DNA of 64,000 bases from Steroidobacteraceae bacterium. Lineage in GTDB: Bacteria; Pseudomonadota; Gammaproteobacteria; Steroidobacterales; Steroidobacteraceae. The notes beneath the pieces are model-generated. The model did not search any database and was not told the DNA's origin. It was given only the letters and a program-made list of their open reading frames with translations. The stretch covers positions 36,472 to 100,471 of the forward strand of contig DATHKV010000145.1 in NCBI GenBank assembly GCA_035488895.1, read 5' to 3'. Made by a program: the position numbers and the translations under genes. Below are positions 37,109-46,613 of this stretch, piece after piece. How positions within the stretch are numbered: the stretch's first letter is position 1; each line of letters begins with the position of its first letter.

Positions 37109-39456
37109 TGCTCCGCATTCACCACTCGGGGGATGAGTTCCATCACGATGCGGCGAATCCGTTGAGCGTTGGCCGGCTTCTGTAGGAACACGATGTCACA
37201 GGCTTTCGCCGTGGCGGCGCGTGCCACATCGTGATCTGCCGTCAGGATGATGGCTGGAATGCTCATTTCAGCATCGCGCCTTAGATCCTGAATGACGGCA
37301 AGCCCGGTTTCCTCGTTGCCCAGCCAATAATCCGCGACGATGAGATCCGGTTGGCGTAGGTGCGAAGAGAGCTCGTGGCGAACGGCGGCGCCGCAGCTGC
37401 CGGCAATCACGTGGCAGCGCCAGGACTTGAAAATCGCTTCAGTCGCGAATCGACTGTCTTGATCGTCATCGACGACGACAATAAAGGCACCGGCAAGTAC
37501 CGGATCGTGCCCGTACGAGGGTGTCGGCGGCATTTGCCGAAATTGATAGGGGCTGGCGATGGGCGACTGTATGCCAAACACGGAGCCTACTCCGATCGTA
37601 GACCTTGCGGACAATTGATACCCCAAAAGCTCGGCGGTCCTTCTGACGATGGCAAGGCCCAAACCAAGTCCTTGGCCGCGACTGCGACTCGTGTCGGGCA
37701 GCTGATAGAATTCCTCAAATATCCGCTCCAATTCCACCGTCGGAATGCCGATGCCGGTATCGGCGACAAATACGGTGACGAGTGAGCCGCGTTTTCGGCA
37801 GTAGACATCAACATGGCCTCGCTCCGTGTAACGAATCGCATTGGATACCAAGTTGCCGAGCATACTAAATAGAAGCGCGCTGTCGGTATAAACCAAAGTT
37901 CGCAAGCCGTGCACTCTAAGTGTCAGTCCCTTGGCGACTGCTGCTTGCGAATGGCTGAGTTCGACGGACTCGAGCAGGGAGTCCAAACTCACACACGTCA
38001 GGTGTGGCGCCACGATCCCGGCATCGAGTTTTGAGATATCGAGCAATGTTTCAAATAGATTCTCGAGTGCCGATACCGAGAGCTGGATCTTGGTGAGCAA
38101 CGCGCCGATCTCCGGCGATATCTGCCTGTCCGCGAGGATCCCCACCAGCAGACCGACCGCATGCATTGGCTGGCGCAAATCGTGGCTTGCCGCGGCGACG
38201 AAACGCGTCTTGGCTGCGCTCGCCCGGTCCGCCGCGTCGCGCTTCACATTGAGTTCTTGTAGCTGAACACCTAATTTGTCGTTCAGCACGGACAATTCTC
38301 GTGCTTGGGTGGTGATTTGTTCGTTTGCCTGCGCGAGATCCCGGGTTCGCTCCAGGACCTTGGATTCCAAGCTTTCGTACAGTGTGCGCAAACTATCGGC
38401 CATGCCGTTAAAGGCGATGGCCACCGATTGAATCTCGTCGCGACTCTGGACATCGATCTTTGCCGACAAATCACCGCTGCCCAGTTTTTGTGCGCCGTCC
38501 CGAAGCTGCAAGATGGGTTTCGTTAAGCGCCGAGCCAATAGCAGTGCGGCGAGACTCGCAGCTGCAATTCCCAGCGCCAGCACCAGCATCGTCACGCCGA
38601 TCGTTGCCCAGACGGTGCGCAGTATTTCGTTGGCCGGCTGCTCGACATACAGCACCCATTCGGGGCCCGAGATCCGGGTTGCGCTGGAAAACACCGCGCC
38701 ACCGTTGGGACTCTCGCCCCAGACGGAGGGCAATTCGGCTCGCCCTTGCGAGAGCGCGGACTTTACTTCTCTAATTTGTGGCAATTGCGAAACGTCACTC
38801 CGGCGCAGCAGCGTGCGCAGATCGGGGTGCGCCAATAAACGTCCATTCAGATCGACCACGTATGCGCGACCTGCCTTGCCAATCGAGAGTTTGGCCAGCA
38901 AATCGTCGATGAACCTCACGCTAATCTCAGCAACCAGTGTGTCACCGCCTTGGTGATCATTGACGGAGACGGCCACGTAGGGCTCAGTCTGATCACGGAC
39001 AAATATGGGACCGTAGCAAAATGCTGAAGCGCAGTGCTGTAACAGTTGTTGATTGCCTGGATATGGCGCGCCGGACGCGAGGCGATCTGCATCGAGTCTC
39101 GAGACAAAGTTTGTTTCGAGAAATCGCGCGTCGAGTGAGCGGATATTCAAAATGGCCGGCTCGAACTTCAACGCGTCGCGAAAATCCCGAGCTTGGGCGG
39201 TGCGACCGACGGCGGTACCCTCTAGCAAGCGCCGCGATAACGGCCTGAGCACTCCCTCGATGCCCCGAAGATACGCGTCGATGGAAGCGGCGGCAGCACG
39301 CGCTCCAGCTGTCTGTACTTCGTGGGCGCGCTGTTGGTCTTGGAAATAATGGTTGAGCGCGAGAATCGAGCCAATCGTCAACACAGATACCGAAACCAGG
39401 CTCGCGAGCGTGATCACGTAGCGTCGAAAGAGCCCTTTCATCGTTGCTGATTGCAC
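37087..39456 (-). CDS. hybrid sensor histidine kinase / response regulator with periplasmic Cache-like domain and HAMP
   Basis: Two TM helices flank a ~250-aa periplasmic region. HAMP (PILQLRDGAQKLGSGDL). H-box AAASHDLRQP. HATPase GLGLAIV. C-terminal REC (IVVVDDDQDS). Confidence 0.85.
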   Translation of the reverse strand: MQSATMKGLFRRYVITLASLVSVSVLTIGSILALNHYFQDQQRAHEVQTAGARAAAASIDAYLRGIEGVLRPLSRRLLEGTAVGRTAQARDFRDALKFEPAILNIRSLDARFLETNFVSRLDADRLASGAPYPGNQQLLQHCASAFCYGPIFVRDQTEPYVAVSVNDHQGGDTLVAEISVRFIDDLLAKLSIGKAGRAYVVDLNGRLLAHPDLRTLLRRSDVSQLPQIREVKSALSQGRAELPSVWGESPNGGAVFSSATRISGPEWVLYVEQPANEILRTVWATIGVTMLVLALGIAAASLAALLLARRLTKPILQLRDGAQKLGSGDLSAKIDVQSRDEIQSVAIAFNGMADSLRTLYESLESKVLERTRDLAQANEQITTQARELSVLNDKLGVQLQELNVKRDAADRASAAKTRFVAAASHDLRQPMHAVGLLVGILADRQISPEIGALLTKIQLSVSALENLFETLLDISKLDAGIVAPHLTCVSLDSLLESVELSHSQAAVAKGLTLRVHGLRTLVYTDSALLFSMLGNLVSNAIRYTERGHVDVYCRKRGSLVTVFVADTGIGIPTVELERIFEEFYQLPDTSRSRGQGLGLGLAIVRRTAELLGYQLSARSTIGVGSVFGIQSPIASPYQFRQMPPTPSYGHDPVLAGAFIVVVDDDQDSRFATEAIFKSWRCHVIAGSCGAAVRHELSSHLRQPDLIVADYWLGNEETGLAVIQDLRRDAEMSIPAIILTADHDVARAATAKACDIVFLQKPANAQRIRRIVMELIPRVVNAEHQAVSSE

Positions 39457-39490
39457 GCTCGAGTTCCTTTAAGCGTCCCGCATCACTCAT

Positions 39491-40555
39491 TCACTCGAAA
39501 ACGGTGGCCTCGCGTGCCAGGCGCTCGCGTGTAGCGCGGTCTAGTTGCGCGACCGCCGATGCCTTCACGGCAATCTCGATTTCCTTGGGGCGCATCACCG
39601 GGATACTGCCAACGGGCGCACCATTCAAAATGTTGGCGATGGATTTAGCCCATACATCCATCGCCTCCTCATCTACGGACTGAACGGAGATCAAGCCGCC
39701 TAGTTCAAGAAATTTGCGGCGTGCGTACACGGTGGGAGTGGAGCTGCGAGCCAAGACCGCCGCGACCTCCGCACCGTAGTTGAAAGTGAAATCCGCGTAA
39801 GGGATATACCACACCTGCACCTCGCGCGCCCGCGCACCTCCGAGCATTGGGCTAATCTCATCGCGGTTGTGGAGGTTAAATATTCTGAGTTCCAGTCCGA
39901 GCGCCTTGGCTTGGGTGAAGAGATCCAGGCTCATATTCGACCCTTCCAGCCAGTAGTCGCTCGCCACGACACCCACATTTCTGGCATCAGGAAAAACCCG
40001 GCGAATCAGTTCCATGATTTTCACGTCCAAGGGCACGCAAAAAGTGTAGCCCGTGAGTGCCTCCGTTGAGAGCAAAGTGGGTACCAAGCCTTCCCGTACA
40101 GGGTCGGACTGAATGACAAAATAAATCGGAATCTTCGTATTCATCGCCAACAGGGTTTTCGCCACATTGACCGAAGAGGCCACAATGAGCGCGGGTTTCG
40201 TGGCAATCAATTCGGTCATTTTCATTGCCCGCCGTGAGGGACTGTCCACATCGGTGCCAATCAGTTTGAGCTCGACGGGTCGGGGGCCCTCGAAGCGTTG
40301 GGCATCGAGATGCTCTTTGAATCTGGCCACTCCTTGGCGTACCGCCGCGACATCGAAATCAACCCACGCGACGATGCGCGGTTCGTGATAATTCGGTAGT
40401 CCAACATCTTTGAACGTGCACAAGAGGAGAAAGCCGCCGAGCAAGCTCGTCCCGATGAGAGCTGTTAGTGAGCGAAGGCGAATCGGTCGTACCAATGGAT
40501 AGACCTTTTGGGTCTGGCGGGCTGAAAAACGATGCCCTAATGTTATTCCAGTCAT
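39491..40555 (-). CDS. ABC-type substrate-binding-like protein (PF04392-like) upstream of the hybrid kinase
   Basis: TM/signal anchor. KIPIYFVIQSDPVREGLV and GGLISVQS...ILNGAPVGSIPV fit the ABC_sub_bind pattern. Lies 34 bp upstream of the kinase on the same strand. Confidence 0.6.
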   Translation of the reverse strand: MTGITLGHRFSARQTQKVYPLVRPIRLRSLTALIGTSLLGGFLLLCTFKDVGLPNYHEPRIVAWVDFDVAAVRQGVARFKEHLDAQRFEGPRPVELKLIGTDVDSPSRRAMKMTELIATKPALIVASSVNVAKTLLAMNTKIPIYFVIQSDPVREGLVPTLLSTEALTGYTFCVPLDVKIMELIRRVFPDARNVGVVASDYWLEGSNMSLDLFTQAKALGLELRIFNLHNRDEISPMLGGARAREVQVWYIPYADFTFNYGAEVAAVLARSSTPTVYARRKFLELGGLISVQSVDEEAMDVWAKSIANILNGAPVGSIPVMRPKEIEIAVKASAVAQLDRATRERLAREATVFE

Positions 40556-40577
40556 AACGACACGCCAAGGAGGTTAG

Positions 40578-41000
40578 ATGAGCCGCGAAGTTCCGACCAC
40601 TCGCTATTTTGCGGTGGGCTATTTCACCGCTGAGCAACTGGAAGAAAAGCATCGCGCCATGCTGGCGCGTGCTGCACAAAACGCGGCAGTCACAGAGATA
40701 CGAAGCGCTGTCGAGGTCGTCTCAGTCACCGTTTTCGACGTTGACATCGGGACGGAAACGGTGGAGATGGCTATCACTAAGGTGAGCATGGTGGTGCAGG
40801 ATACTCGGCTGCAGGCGGCCGGGGTCTCGTTTGCGGTGGAACGCTTCGATTCCAGTCAGTTCCCGGGTACGTTGACCCCTCAAGACGCTTTCACGCAATA
40901 TCTTGCCAGCGCAGAAGGCATCGCAAGCTTTGGCACGGCAACCGCGGTGCAGTTGTTCGCCATCGATGTAGACGCGGTCCAGGATCTGGCCAAAAGCTAG
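40578..41000 (+). CDS. hypothetical protein (140 aa)
   Basis: Strong AAGGAGG 5 nt before ATG 40578. No recognisable motif. Confidence 0.6.
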   Translation: MSREVPTTRYFAVGYFTAEQLEEKHRAMLARAAQNAAVTEIRSAVEVVSVTVFDVDIGTETVEMAITKVSMVVQDTRLQAAGVSFAVERFDSSQFPGTLTPQDAFTQYLASAEGIASFGTATAVQLFAIDVDAVQDLAKS

Positions 41001-41022
41001 CTCTAAGAACTCTGCCGTACCG

Positions 41023-41676
41023 GTGGTGCATAGGCTGCAGTTGAAGTTGGGCGACGACCAAGCGGGCTCGTTTATCTACCCGTTAACCGACGCAGATCCG
41101 AACAACGCCGAGCGAATTCGTCTCGCCTTGAGGATGAACGGTCACGTTTCATCGCCTCTGGTATTTACCGGCATTTTCTCTCCCGAAGAATGCCAGAAAA
41201 TCATGATCTTGAGCCTGCATCGACGACCGCGCGCGGGCACTATGATGTACGCCAAACCCAATATCCGCAAATCGACCATCGCCTGGATCGATATTCAGGA
41301 GGACAGCCGGTGGCTGTATGAAAAAGTCTGGAATACATTTCAGGCGGTGAATCGCTGGTTCAATTTCGACTTGTGCGGTTTAGTCGACGAGATTCAATTT
41401 GCCACGTACGCGGTGGGCGACAGCTTCGGATGGCACCTCGACACCGGCGGCGGGCAGACCTCGACCCGTAAGCTCAGCATGTCGTTGCAATTGTGCGGTG
41501 ACGATGAGTACTCCGGCGGGGATTTGGAAATATGCGCCTGTCCGCAGCTCGACCCCCGACGCCGCCGCGGGACCATTATCGTTTTCCCTTCGTTCTTGGC
41601 GCACCGTGTCACCCCGGTCACGCGTGGTTCGCGCTGCTCCTTGGTGGCTTGGGCTCACGGCCCGGTATTCAAGTAA
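41023..41676 (+). CDS. 2OG-Fe(II) oxygenase superfamily protein (PKHD/prolyl-hydroxylase-like)
   Basis: Facial triad context WHLD ... HRVTPV. RCSLVAW resembles the 2OG-binding Arg strand. Confidence 0.7.
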   Translation: MVHRLQLKLGDDQAGSFIYPLTDADPNNAERIRLALRMNGHVSSPLVFTGIFSPEECQKIMILSLHRRPRAGTMMYAKPNIRKSTIAWIDIQEDSRWLYEKVWNTFQAVNRWFNFDLCGLVDEIQFATYAVGDSFGWHLDTGGGQTSTRKLSMSLQLCGDDEYSGGDLEICACPQLDPRRRRGTIIVFPSFLAHRVTPVTRGSRCSLVAWAHGPVFK

Positions 41677-41837
41677 CGCTTGATATCCGGCTGCAGTGTA
41701 TCGTTACGCTCCAGGACCGCCGGCACCATGACAGAGTGCGAAAATGTATCAATTTGTAGGACGAAGGCATACTGTGATAGGGCGGCTTGAACACCGTGCT
41801 ACATTGTAAGACTGATTCAAATGAACAGGGTCGGCCG

Positions 41838-42020
41838 ATGTTGATTCTAACGAGGCGAGTGGGCGAGACCTTGATGATCGGTAACGACATTACGGTGACG
41901 GTGCTTGGCGTCAAGGCCAATCAAATCAGGCTGGGGATCGAGGCACCGAAGGATGTTCCGGTGCATCGAGAGGAGGTTTATGCTCGCGTCCAGGAGGAAA
42001 AATCAAAGAAGGACCTGTAG
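41838..42020 (+). CDS. csrA: carbon storage regulator CsrA/RsmA
   Basis: [48 protein letters not shown] is near-identical in pattern to canonical CsrA. Confidence 0.9.
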   Translation: MLILTRRVGETLMIGNDITVTVLGVKANQIRLGIEAPKDVPVHREEVYARVQEEKSKKDL

Positions 42021-42134
42021 GTTGTTGAGGCGTCTTGCCCAACAATGACGGGCGACCCGCGTGCCCGTGGCTAGAAAGTGCACACGCTCCTCATCGGAGG
42101 CGGTTGTGTCCTTGATCGACCGGAAGCCGGCGCG

Positions 42135-42764
42135 TCACAAGGAAAAGGACAGTCGGGGGCTGGCGCCAAGTCCGGTGCGAAAGACGCGAAAATTGATGGT
42201 GTCTCCAACCGCGCGGACAGAATCCGATTTTGGATCCACGACAAAAATACGCTTGTCGTGCCATGTCACAAAGTAGCCCACGAACCGATAGCCATCTGAG
42301 TCCGCGGAAATGCTGCTCTCGATCTGCGCTGTGCCCTGTGTGATCGAGGCGCTCGAGTTTGCGGATTCATGGTCCGCCACTTCTTCATTGGAGGCCGCGG
42401 AATTCGTTTTGAAGCGCAAGACCCTGTGGCCGTTTGCTTCGCTTCGATACACTACGATCTCGAGGGTGCCGCCCGTCGCGTGCGGCTGATCGGCAGTATC
42501 CGCGACGACGATGCGCGTCGAGCGCCAAGTTAGAACATATCCAATGTACCGATATCCCTTGTCCGTTGCGGTGATGACCTCTTCAATCCGTCCGACCTCG
42601 TGGTTGCCGGGCGGCGAGAGCGCAGGGCGGTCGGGCACCTGAGCATGTGCTATCGACAAGATCGAGGTGCTCATGACTGCTATGCCAATGAGTGACCTCA
42701 CCCATCGCAGTTTGAGTGCACGGAAGCTGCGGGTCGCGAGCATCTGGCTAGCCGCCGGGCGCAT
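42135..42764 (-). CDS. secreted protein with internal tandem duplication, unknown function
   Basis: Signal-like N-terminus ...ILSIAHAQ. Two ~50-aa repeats: DKGYRYIGYVLTWRSTRIVVAD...TLEIVVYR and SDGYRFVGYFVTWHDKRIFVVD...TINFRVFR. Confidence 0.6.
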   Translation of the reverse strand: MRPAASQMLATRSFRALKLRWVRSLIGIAVMSTSILSIAHAQVPDRPALSPPGNHEVGRIEEVITATDKGYRYIGYVLTWRSTRIVVADTADQPHATGGTLEIVVYRSEANGHRVLRFKTNSAASNEEVADHESANSSASITQGTAQIESSISADSDGYRFVGYFVTWHDKRIFVVDPKSDSVRAVGDTINFRVFRTGLGASPRLSFSL

Positions 42765-43272
42765 CGCGCGATCCTACCTTCGGAATCTCTGGCTGGCCCT
42801 CGCTCGGCTGCGTATCCTGTTTCACTTCGTCTGCTGTGCTGCCGGGGGGAGCTTTGTGAAATTTATGATGTAGGGCATCTTCTTGGTGACGGACCGCGTC
42901 TTGCGACCGTTGACCGGTCGGATCCGAGGGCCCTCGCCGATCACGATTCGCGTTTTTGCTGTCGTTGGGCATTTGGTATACCACTTGCAAAGCGGCGAGC
43001 TACCGCCATGCAAGAGTCTGCCTGCCCATACCCTAGGGCTATCAGACACCGGGCACATCCGTCGTAGGAGTAATGGGCAACGCCAATATTTTTGATAAAC
43101 GCCTATCTGCTCAATCAGTATGCGACCGACAGTCATGCTTTTCGGATCGAACGGCCAGTCCAGTTGCTCCAGCACGCAGACGATGTACATCCCAATCGCG
43201 TGGGTCAGTGATCGACATTGGAACAAATCTCACGCGGCCTGCAGGCCTCCGAATTCGCAGCGTTTCGAGGAA

Positions 43273-43572
43273 TCAGCCCGACGTGCCCGGTCCCTTGAGG
43301 GGGTCCTTGATCATGATGCGCTGCCACCGGTCGCCGGCGCGCGCCATGAAATAGCCTTCTGCTGGCGGTGCGAGCAACAGTGGTTGGCGATCCGTCGTCA
43401 CGAGCGCCCCAGGAGCTGAGGAGGTCGTCACGACGAATCCCATTTTGTCACTAACGGGGATCCAATGTTGAGCATCGACTCCGGCCGGGCGATCGGGGCT
43501 CGCGGCGCCGAGGGCGAAATGAATGGTGAAGATGGACGCGACAATGAGAAGCGTCGCGGTGATTGCCTTCAT
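43273..43572 (-). CDS. small secreted protein, unknown
   Basis: Signal peptide MKAITATLLIVASIFTIHFALGAA. Confidence 0.45.
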   Translation of the reverse strand: MKAITATLLIVASIFTIHFALGAASPDRPAGVDAQHWIPVSDKMGFVVTTSSAPGALVTTDRQPLLLAPPAEGYFMARAGDRWQRIMIKDPLKGPGTSG

Positions 43573-43590
43573 GGAAGGAACTCCTTTGGA

Positions 43591-43869
43591 TTATGTTTCT
43601 TCAATCCATCGTCGAAGCGGCGTTTTTAGTTGTTTGGATTTGTCGGGCCAGAATACCGCACTGGCGATAACAAGCAGAATCGCCGCAATGAAACCGATCA
43701 ACATTAAACTTAAGGCTACGATCAGGCCTAAGGTGGTTGCCGGTTTGAAAATGATGAATGCGGCGAGCATGGCCGGCATTGCACTTAAGGCGGTGGCGGC
43801 TGCGGCCAGCCTCAATAGTTTATCGAGAGTCCATCGAACCGCGGACCATCCGTGTTTCATGGCGTTCAC
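43591..43869 (-). CDS. small membrane protein, unknown
   Basis: Two to three hydrophobic helices. Lies 18 bp upstream of 43273..43572 on the same strand. Confidence 0.45.
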   Translation of the reverse strand: MNAMKHGWSAVRWTLDKLLRLAAAATALSAMPAMLAAFIIFKPATTLGLIVALSLMLIGFIAAILLVIASAVFWPDKSKQLKTPLRRWIEET

Positions 43870-44038
43870 CTTTTAGTGCCGAGTCTCCGTTCCGGGCAAA
43901 GTGCGATGCGTGGATTTTAGCGCTTTTGCACTGCATTGGCATCTGTCGGCAATTCCTAAAGCTTGGTAACGTCGGAGTCTTCAGCAGGCCAGTTATGCAA
44001 AGTTTTGTGAAGACAACGAACTGCCCGGTGTAGCGCTG

Positions 44039-44206
44039 TCAGGCGACGTACCGGCTGATAAGCATTATCTCGGCCCGGAGGCGCGCGGCTTCTTGATGCC
44101 GACCGCCGCGCTCATATTCAATGACTGCGGTGCGACGTGACGTTACCTCTGCCTGCAACAGCGTCTGCAATTCACTTTGGGTCAACGACTTTCTCGGGAC
44201 TTCTAC
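44039..44206 (-). pseudogene. GatB/YqeY-domain fragment (middle segment only)
   Basis: LTQSELQTLLQAEVTSRRTAVIEYERGGRHQEAARLRAEIMLISRYV aligns by eye to the central part of YqeY-like proteins. The N- and C-terminal parts are absent. Confidence 0.3.
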
Positions 44207-44249
44207 CGAGGACCCGAAGGCCTTAGGGTCTTGCGCGCCGGCGTTATCT

Positions 44250-44894
44250 TCACACGATGCCTTCCAGGGTTGCATCGAGGGTGACTGCCTCGCGCAATGG
44301 TTTAGATCCCGGTCGGGCCGGCAGCCCGACGCGATTGTGCCAGACCACCGGCATACCGACTCCCGCCGCACCCGCAACATCCGCGCTGCTACCCGCAACG
44401 AACAGCGCGTCCTCGGCACTGACCTTGAGAGCCGCGAGTACTGCGAGGTATGCTTCCCGACGCGGCTTATAAAAGCCAGCTTCCTCCGCGGTCACGACCG
44501 CATCGAAAGCGATACCGCAACGCGTAGCCGCACGCTGCCCTAGCTCGGTGGAGCAGTTGGTCACCACGCCGAGGTGTAACCCTCGCGCGCGCAAACCGAC
44601 GAGCACGCGTGGGACTTCCGGCCAGGGAGTTAGTGTGTCCCAGTTTGCGCGCAGTGTGACGGCGGCGGTGTCGGGCAGCTCTGCATCGGCGGCCGCTTCG
44701 GCGACGAGTTCCTCGTACGGCCGGTAAAGACCGCAGGCGTACGTCAGTTCCAGATAGCGGGCACGCCAGCGCCGACCCAGGATCTCGCTGCCCGCGGCCC
44801 TATCCCAGACGCTCCAACTGTCCAGAAGAGCGGTGAGGAGGTCAAAGATGATGGCTCGGGGATGTCGAGTATCGATCGCGGATTCTGTGATCAT
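44250..44894 (-). CDS. HAD-superfamily hydrolase
   Basis: Motif I-like IIFDLLTALLD. VVTNCS (motif II) and a later acidic motif region. Confidence 0.7.
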   Translation of the reverse strand: MITESAIDTRHPRAIIFDLLTALLDSWSVWDRAAGSEILGRRWRARYLELTYACGLYRPYEELVAEAAADAELPDTAAVTLRANWDTLTPWPEVPRVLVGLRARGLHLGVVTNCSTELGQRAATRCGIAFDAVVTAEEAGFYKPRREAYLAVLAALKVSAEDALFVAGSSADVAGAAGVGMPVVWHNRVGLPARPGSKPLREAVTLDATLEGIV

Positions 44895-45049
44895 TGCAAT
44901 GCCTTATTTGCGCCTAGAAGCAGGCTATGAGGATCATTGGCGGAGGTAGGATTTGAAGCTCCATCGAAGGCACTAAAATCGGGTGGTACCGACACGGTTG
45001 CCGCCTCCATGCAATAGCATCACCGTGTCGCGCATAGGACATCTCCAAC

Positions 45050-46483
45050 TTAGTCGTGGCTGTGCCGGACCGCCTTTTGTTCGCCGCCGAGATCCATGGT
45101 GGTGGTTGTGTCATTGAAGGTGAACACGATTTCGCGTCCGGAGTCGCGGCTAAAAAATTTGCTGTCGGATTCAGGTAGCAGGATCATTTCTCTGACTCCC
45201 TTATAGGTCACGACGAGGGTGGCATTTTCCCTGGTGATGTTCAGATCTTCGGTCTTGCCAGGGTCCTCGCCAGATGCAATCGCGTAACTGCCAATGAGGC
45301 GTTCGAGTGCGGCCATGGGCACATCCGCGACGGAGCGTTCCAGGGGTTTGAGTCCCGGCCAGCCGTACAGATTGCCGAGCGTCAATATCAGCTCCTGCGC
45401 GAGGCGCCCGCCATTGTCCGAATTTGCCATGACGACGACTCCGGCGCGACCGTCGAGGAAGCCTGTTACCTCGGCCTGGAAGCCCTCATCGGCGCCGCCA
45501 TGGCCGAAGCGCAGTCCGTCCGCGGTGATCACGGGTCCCAGACCGTGGTTGTTCATGCCCGGCGTGAGCATGGCGTGCACAAGTTCCGGGGATAAGAGAT
45601 TCGTCGGACCGAGGTTTGCGTTCTGAACGGCGATGACGTACTTCGCCAGCTCGCGAGGCGTCGTCCAGAGTCCGGCCGCAGCCATCTCCGGGTAAACATG
45701 CCAGTCGCCTTCGACCTTCTTGCCGTCGCCTCCGTAGCCGGAGGCGGCCAGCGAGCGCAGATCGCCGGGCAGGGGTTGTTCGTAGGTGCTGTGATACATG
45801 CCGAGTGGTATCAGAACTGATTCGCGCATCAGCACGGGGAAGCTTAAGCCGCTTTGGTCGCTCAGCAAGAGCTGCAGGATGGTGTAGCCGCCGCCGGAGT
45901 AGCGCCAGCTCAAGTCAGGTTGCTTCCAAACTCGGATCGCCGGGGTATTGCCGTTGCCGTCGAGGACCTCGACGGTAGTGGGTATCTTTGTGTCGCGTGA
46001 GTAGCCGGGGAACCCCCACACCGTAAGGCCCGCCGTGTGGTTCAAGATGTTGCGGACGGTGACCTTGTGGATGGAGGTGAACTCATTGTCCGGCAGCTTC
46101 CAGCTTTTCAGATAAATGTTGACGTTGCGGTCCAAATCAAGCTGAAACGCATCGATGCGCCGCAGAGCTGCAAGGGCCGTCAATGGCTTACTGATAGAGC
46201 CGGCCTGAAACAGCGTGTCAGGCCTTGCAGCGATCTTGCGCTCCTTGTCTGCAAAGCCGTAGGCGCGCGCCCAATCGAGCTTGCGGTCGCGGACGACGGC
46301 GATGCTGACGGCGTTGACATTCAGTTGCGACATCCGCATCGCGAGAGAGACGGGAGAGTGTTGCTCGCCCTGTATGACGACGAGCGGACTGACGGACTGC
46401 TCCATCGAAGCGATGACGGGCGGCGCCGCGGCAGCCACGGCCGTCGTCGCGGCGAGGCATATCATCAATAGGAGCATTTTCAT
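45050..46483 (-). CDS. serine hydrolase, beta-lactamase/transpeptidase-like (class C family) with C-terminal extension
   Basis: ATG 46483. Signal MKMLLLMICLAATTAVAAAA. SxxK motif SISKPLT, plus YSGGGY and HGG motifs. Confidence 0.8.
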   Translation of the reverse strand: MKMLLLMICLAATTAVAAAAPPVIASMEQSVSPLVVIQGEQHSPVSLAMRMSQLNVNAVSIAVVRDRKLDWARAYGFADKERKIAARPDTLFQAGSISKPLTALAALRRIDAFQLDLDRNVNIYLKSWKLPDNEFTSIHKVTVRNILNHTAGLTVWGFPGYSRDTKIPTTVEVLDGNGNTPAIRVWKQPDLSWRYSGGGYTILQLLLSDQSGLSFPVLMRESVLIPLGMYHSTYEQPLPGDLRSLAASGYGGDGKKVEGDWHVYPEMAAAGLWTTPRELAKYVIAVQNANLGPTNLLSPELVHAMLTPGMNNHGLGPVITADGLRFGHGGADEGFQAEVTGFLDGRAGVVVMANSDNGGRLAQELILTLGNLYGWPGLKPLERSVADVPMAALERLIGSYAIASGEDPGKTEDLNITRENATLVVTYKGVREMILLPESDSKFFSRDSGREIVFTFNDTTTTMDLGGEQKAVRHSHD

Positions 46484-46613
46484 GTTGGCCAGCCTGTGTT
46501 TTAGGGATAACCCGGCATTAGCGGCGACTTGAACTGACATCCAAAACCGAATTGATAAAGACCGATTTAGCTTGATTGTAAGGGTTTCCATCGGCCTTGT
46601 ACGCTTTAGCAGT

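Noticed and set aside
42822-43226. 134-aa minus-strand ORF in the ~500-bp gap after the duplicated-repeat protein gene
   Set aside because: It starts at TTG without an RBS. It is Cys/Arg/Trp-rich, has no recognisable motif, and is not obviously a transposase remnant. Coding status cannot be supported.
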